Positions 37,792 through 40,000 of a DNA stretch of 40,000 nucleotides are shown one piece after another (position 1 is the stretch's first letter; each line of letters opens with the position of its first letter). Source of the DNA: Paenibacillus sp. 1P03SA (GTDB lineage Bacteria; Bacillota; Bacilli; Paenibacillales; NBRC-103111). The translations under genes and the position numbers were made by a program. The notes under the pieces were generated by a model. It saw only the letters and a list, made by a program, of their open reading frames with translations, was not told where the DNA came from and made no database searches. The stretch covers positions 4,931,245-4,971,244 of the forward strand of contig NZ_JBDFMM010000001.1 of the NCBI RefSeq assembly GCF_047238265.1, in the 5' to 3' direction.

Positions 37792-38273
37792 TCAAGCTCA
37801 CTCGCTTCCAATACTTGTGCTTTGATGCGTTCGCGGCGCTCACGCACTTTAATTTGAAGCTCGGGCTCGAATGCTCCGAGAATTTGCGCCGCCAGCAGTC
37901 CGGCGTTCGCGGCTCCTGCCTCTCCGATCGCGACGGTAGCCACGGGAATTCCCGCCGGCATTTGTACGATCGAGAGAAGGGAATCGAGCCCGTTCAGCGC
38001 TTTGCTTTTAACGGGAACCCCGATGACGGGCAGCTCCGTCTTCGCTGCCACCATGCCCGGCAGGTGAGCGGCTCCGCCCGCTCCGGCGATAATGACCTGC
38101 AGTCCGCGCTCGGCGGCCTGCTCGGCATATTGGAACATCAAGTCCGGTGTACGGTGCGCCGACACGACTTTTTTCTCATAAGGGATGCCGAATTCGTCCA
38201 GCACATCGCAAGCATGCTTCATCGTTTCCCAATCCGATTTACTTCCCATAATGACTCCAACTCGTGCTGACAT
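37788..38273 (-). CDS. purE: N5-carboxyaminoimidazole ribonucleotide mutase PurE
   Basis: [14 protein letters not shown] and [12 protein letters not shown]. Confidence 0.95.
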   Translation of the reverse strand: MSARVGVIMGSKSDWETMKHACDVLDEFGIPYEKKVVSAHRTPDLMFQYAEQAAERGLQVIIAGAGGAAHLPGMVAAKTELPVIGVPVKSKALNGLDSLLSIVQMPAGIPVATVAIGEAGAANAGLLAAQILGAFEPELQIKVRERRERIKAQVLEASELE

Positions 38274-38353
38274 CTCCGTAACCCGCCTTTTCTATCATAT
38301 TGGTAACCTCTTTAAATAGAAAGCCCCAAGCTCTGCTTTCCATCCCCGGACGC

Positions 38354-38394
38354 AAAAAAAGCCCAGAGATAGATACTTCACTTCTATCTGCCGG
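38354..38394 (-). terminator. Expression-platform terminator of the pur-leader guanine riboswitch
   Basis: On the minus strand the hairpin is CAGATAGA...TCTATCTCTG, followed by GGGCTTTTTTTGCG. Confidence 0.6.
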
Positions 38395-38448
38395 ACTGCA
38401 AGAGACACAAACATAAGGCACCCCCTTCCGGGATCCCCTCGCTTCGCT

Positions 38449-38516
38449 CTCGTAGTCCAAAAATTTACGGCTTTTGGGTAGAAACTTTCGGGCCATATCC
38501 CCGATGATTATACGAG
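38449..38516 (-). promoter_or_regulatory. Purine riboswitch aptamer, guanine class
   Basis: The minus strand reads CTCGTATAATCATCGGGGATATGGCCCGAAAGTTTCTACCCAAAAGCCGTAAATTTTTGGACTACGAG. This shows the P1 CTCGTA/TACGAG stem, the conserved TATAAT...GGATATGGC...GTTTCTACC...CCGTAAAT blocks, and a C at the discriminator position (GGACTACGAG). Confidence 0.9.
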
Positions 38517-38530
38517 ATTGTAAACAATTA

Positions 38531-38612
38531 TATTTACGTGTTTTGTCAGGTATTGTCGCTCCTCTAGTGTACCAGTTACCTTTTTGCCTGTCAAACGAAA
38601 TAACGAACATTC
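38531..38612 (-). promoter_or_regulatory. pur operon sigma-A promoter flanked by PurBox-like sites (PurR operator)
   Basis: On the minus strand, TTGACA (38594-38589), a 17-nt spacer, then TACACT (38571-38566). A good PurBox-like AATAACGAACATT lies on the plus strand at 38599-38611. A weaker AAACACGTAAATA lies on the minus strand at 38544-38532. Confidence 0.55.
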
Positions 38613-39107
38613 AAATCATGAAAAAGAAGTAAAGTTCGCTTTCTGTTCTCAAAAGCCTTCCGAAAGCCTGTTCAAAAACGCTTTTCTTAAACAGTTTAAT
38701 AAAAAAGCACGCTTATTTATCCTCCTGCAGCGCCGAGTAATCCCGGATTAACCCAAAAACTTACCTGTGCTCGCTCTTAAATTTACGATTTTTTATAAGA
38801 TTTCGGTCTTTCGAGAACAATTTCTTATTCCTTTTCGACTCCGTTCAACAATTCGCTCGCTGTCGGTTCGGTCCACCAGGCTCTGGCCAGTTCAGCGCAC
38901 CTACAAGCAGGCCTGTACTCTCTGTGCTTCATCACCGTGCGCGAAGCTCCAGCGTGCGATGCCCTTGTCCCATGACGGAGGTCATCCACAGCACTCCGTA
39001 CACAAGAGCAGGGGCTCGCGGATGCGTGCGCCATGCGTGATGCGCCTGCTCAGTACGCTCTATCATGACACTCTTTAGATTTGACATACTCTATAGATTG
39101 TAAGTTC

Positions 39108-39166
39108 TTAATATGTAAAAAAACAAAACCTAAACAAAAAGAGTCCTTTTGAACGGTTACGTTCAA
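39108..39166 (-). terminator. rRNA operon rho-independent terminator
   Basis: A 17-bp perfect stem, AAGAGTCCTTTTGAACG / CGTTCAAAAGGACTCTT, with a 4-nt loop, followed on the minus strand by TTTTGTTTAGGTTTTGTTTTTTT. Confidence 0.8.
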
Positions 39167-39180
39167 AAGGACTCTTACGT

Positions 39181-39297
39181 GCTTGGCAACGTCCTACTCT
39201 CCCAGGACCCTTCGGTCCAAGTACCATCGGCGCTGGAAGGCTTAACGGTCGTGTTCGGGATGGGTACGCGTGGTTCCCTTCCGCCATCGTCACCAAA
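39181..39297 (-). rRNA. rrf: 5S ribosomal RNA
   Basis: The minus strand reads TTTGGTGACGATGGCGGAAGGGAACCACGCGTACCCATCCCGAACACG...GAGAGTAGGACGTTGCCAAGC, a 117-nt canonical Firmicutes 5S. Confidence 0.93.
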
Positions 39298-39427
39298 CAG
39301 GTGTCTTGTCAGACACATCAGGGTTGCTCCCTGAAAACTAGCAGCGAAACGTGCAGTCGATCCATCCAAAGATCTTGTGGTGCATACACTGGGTATGCTT
39401 GTGATGCGGCTTTTACTGTCGTAAGTG

Positions 39428-40000
<573 letters not shown>

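Noticed and set aside
15368-38270. Many long ORFs antisense to or overlapping the GC-rich core genes (e.g. 15368-15997, 17137-18030, 21481-23007, 23900-25492, 25275-27008, 28055-28795, 29511-30287, 30359-32593, 32691-33302, 34163-34807, 35180-35992, 36628-37719, 37758-38270)
   Set aside because: Each lies opposite a gene with unmistakable conserved motifs (the pur enzymes, rlmCD, dagK, the MORN protein). Their products are Arg/Ala/Pro-rich low-complexity strings typical of stop-codon-poor antisense frames in GC-rich DNA, and they lack an RBS.
38239-38610. 123-aa minus-strand ORF upstream of purE
   Set aside because: It spans the pur promoter, the guanine riboswitch aptamer and its terminator, so it is the leader region, not a gene.
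38767-39078. ORFs between the rrn terminator and the pur promoter (103 aa on the plus strand, 69 aa on the minus strand, and a 44-aa MIERTEQAHHAW... frame)
   Set aside because: None has a convincing RBS. The frames break after about 40-70 codons and show no recognisable motif. They could be a decayed pseudogene, but I cannot support a call.

Overview
The window has two compositionally distinct parts.

(1) Positions 1 to ~15.1 kb are strongly AT-rich, with every gene on the minus strand. I read this as the right-hand part of a horizontally acquired island; its left end is outside the window. It encodes a Dpd-like 7-deazaguanine DNA-modification/defence system with a non-canonical layout. In transcription order it contains:
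- a YhhQ/VUT-type precursor transporter;
- a 684-aa protein with a C-terminal TGT/DpdA-type transglycosylase domain fused to an unknown ~340-aa N-terminal domain;
- a 264-aa orphan;
- a second, stand-alone DpdA-type TGT (310 aa);
- a 258-aa orphan;
- a 1065-aa P-loop NTPase;
- queC-queD-queE (preQ0 synthesis; no queF or folE in the window);
- behind a promoter-leader-terminator unit, an SNF2 helicase (1086 aa) translationally coupled to a RecQ-like helicase that runs off the window start.

I cannot recognise a ParB-like DpdB or a DpdC, and there are two transglycosylase paralogues, so this is not the canonical dpdA-K arrangement.

(2) Positions ~15.3-40 kb are a GC-rich Bacillales (Paenibacillus-like, unverified) core genome. 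It carries rlmCD, dagK, a CbiX/SirB chelatase, yerC, a glycine-rich basic protein, a DCC-family oxidoreductase and a secreted MORN-repeat protein. It also carries a complete purEKBCSQLFMNHD operon with a sigma-A promoter, PurBox-like sites, and a guanine riboswitch with its terminator. The window ends with the terminator, the 5S rRNA and the 3' part of the 23S rRNA of an rRNA operon.

Oddities in the core part:
- an orphan 48-nt stretch identical to the 16S rRNA decoding-site region inside an ~800-bp non-coding gap;
- several intergenic repeats;
- two unexplained spacers inside the pur operon;
- a repeat-containing N-terminal extension on PurK.

Most long ORFs antisense to the GC-rich genes are rejected as compositional artefacts.
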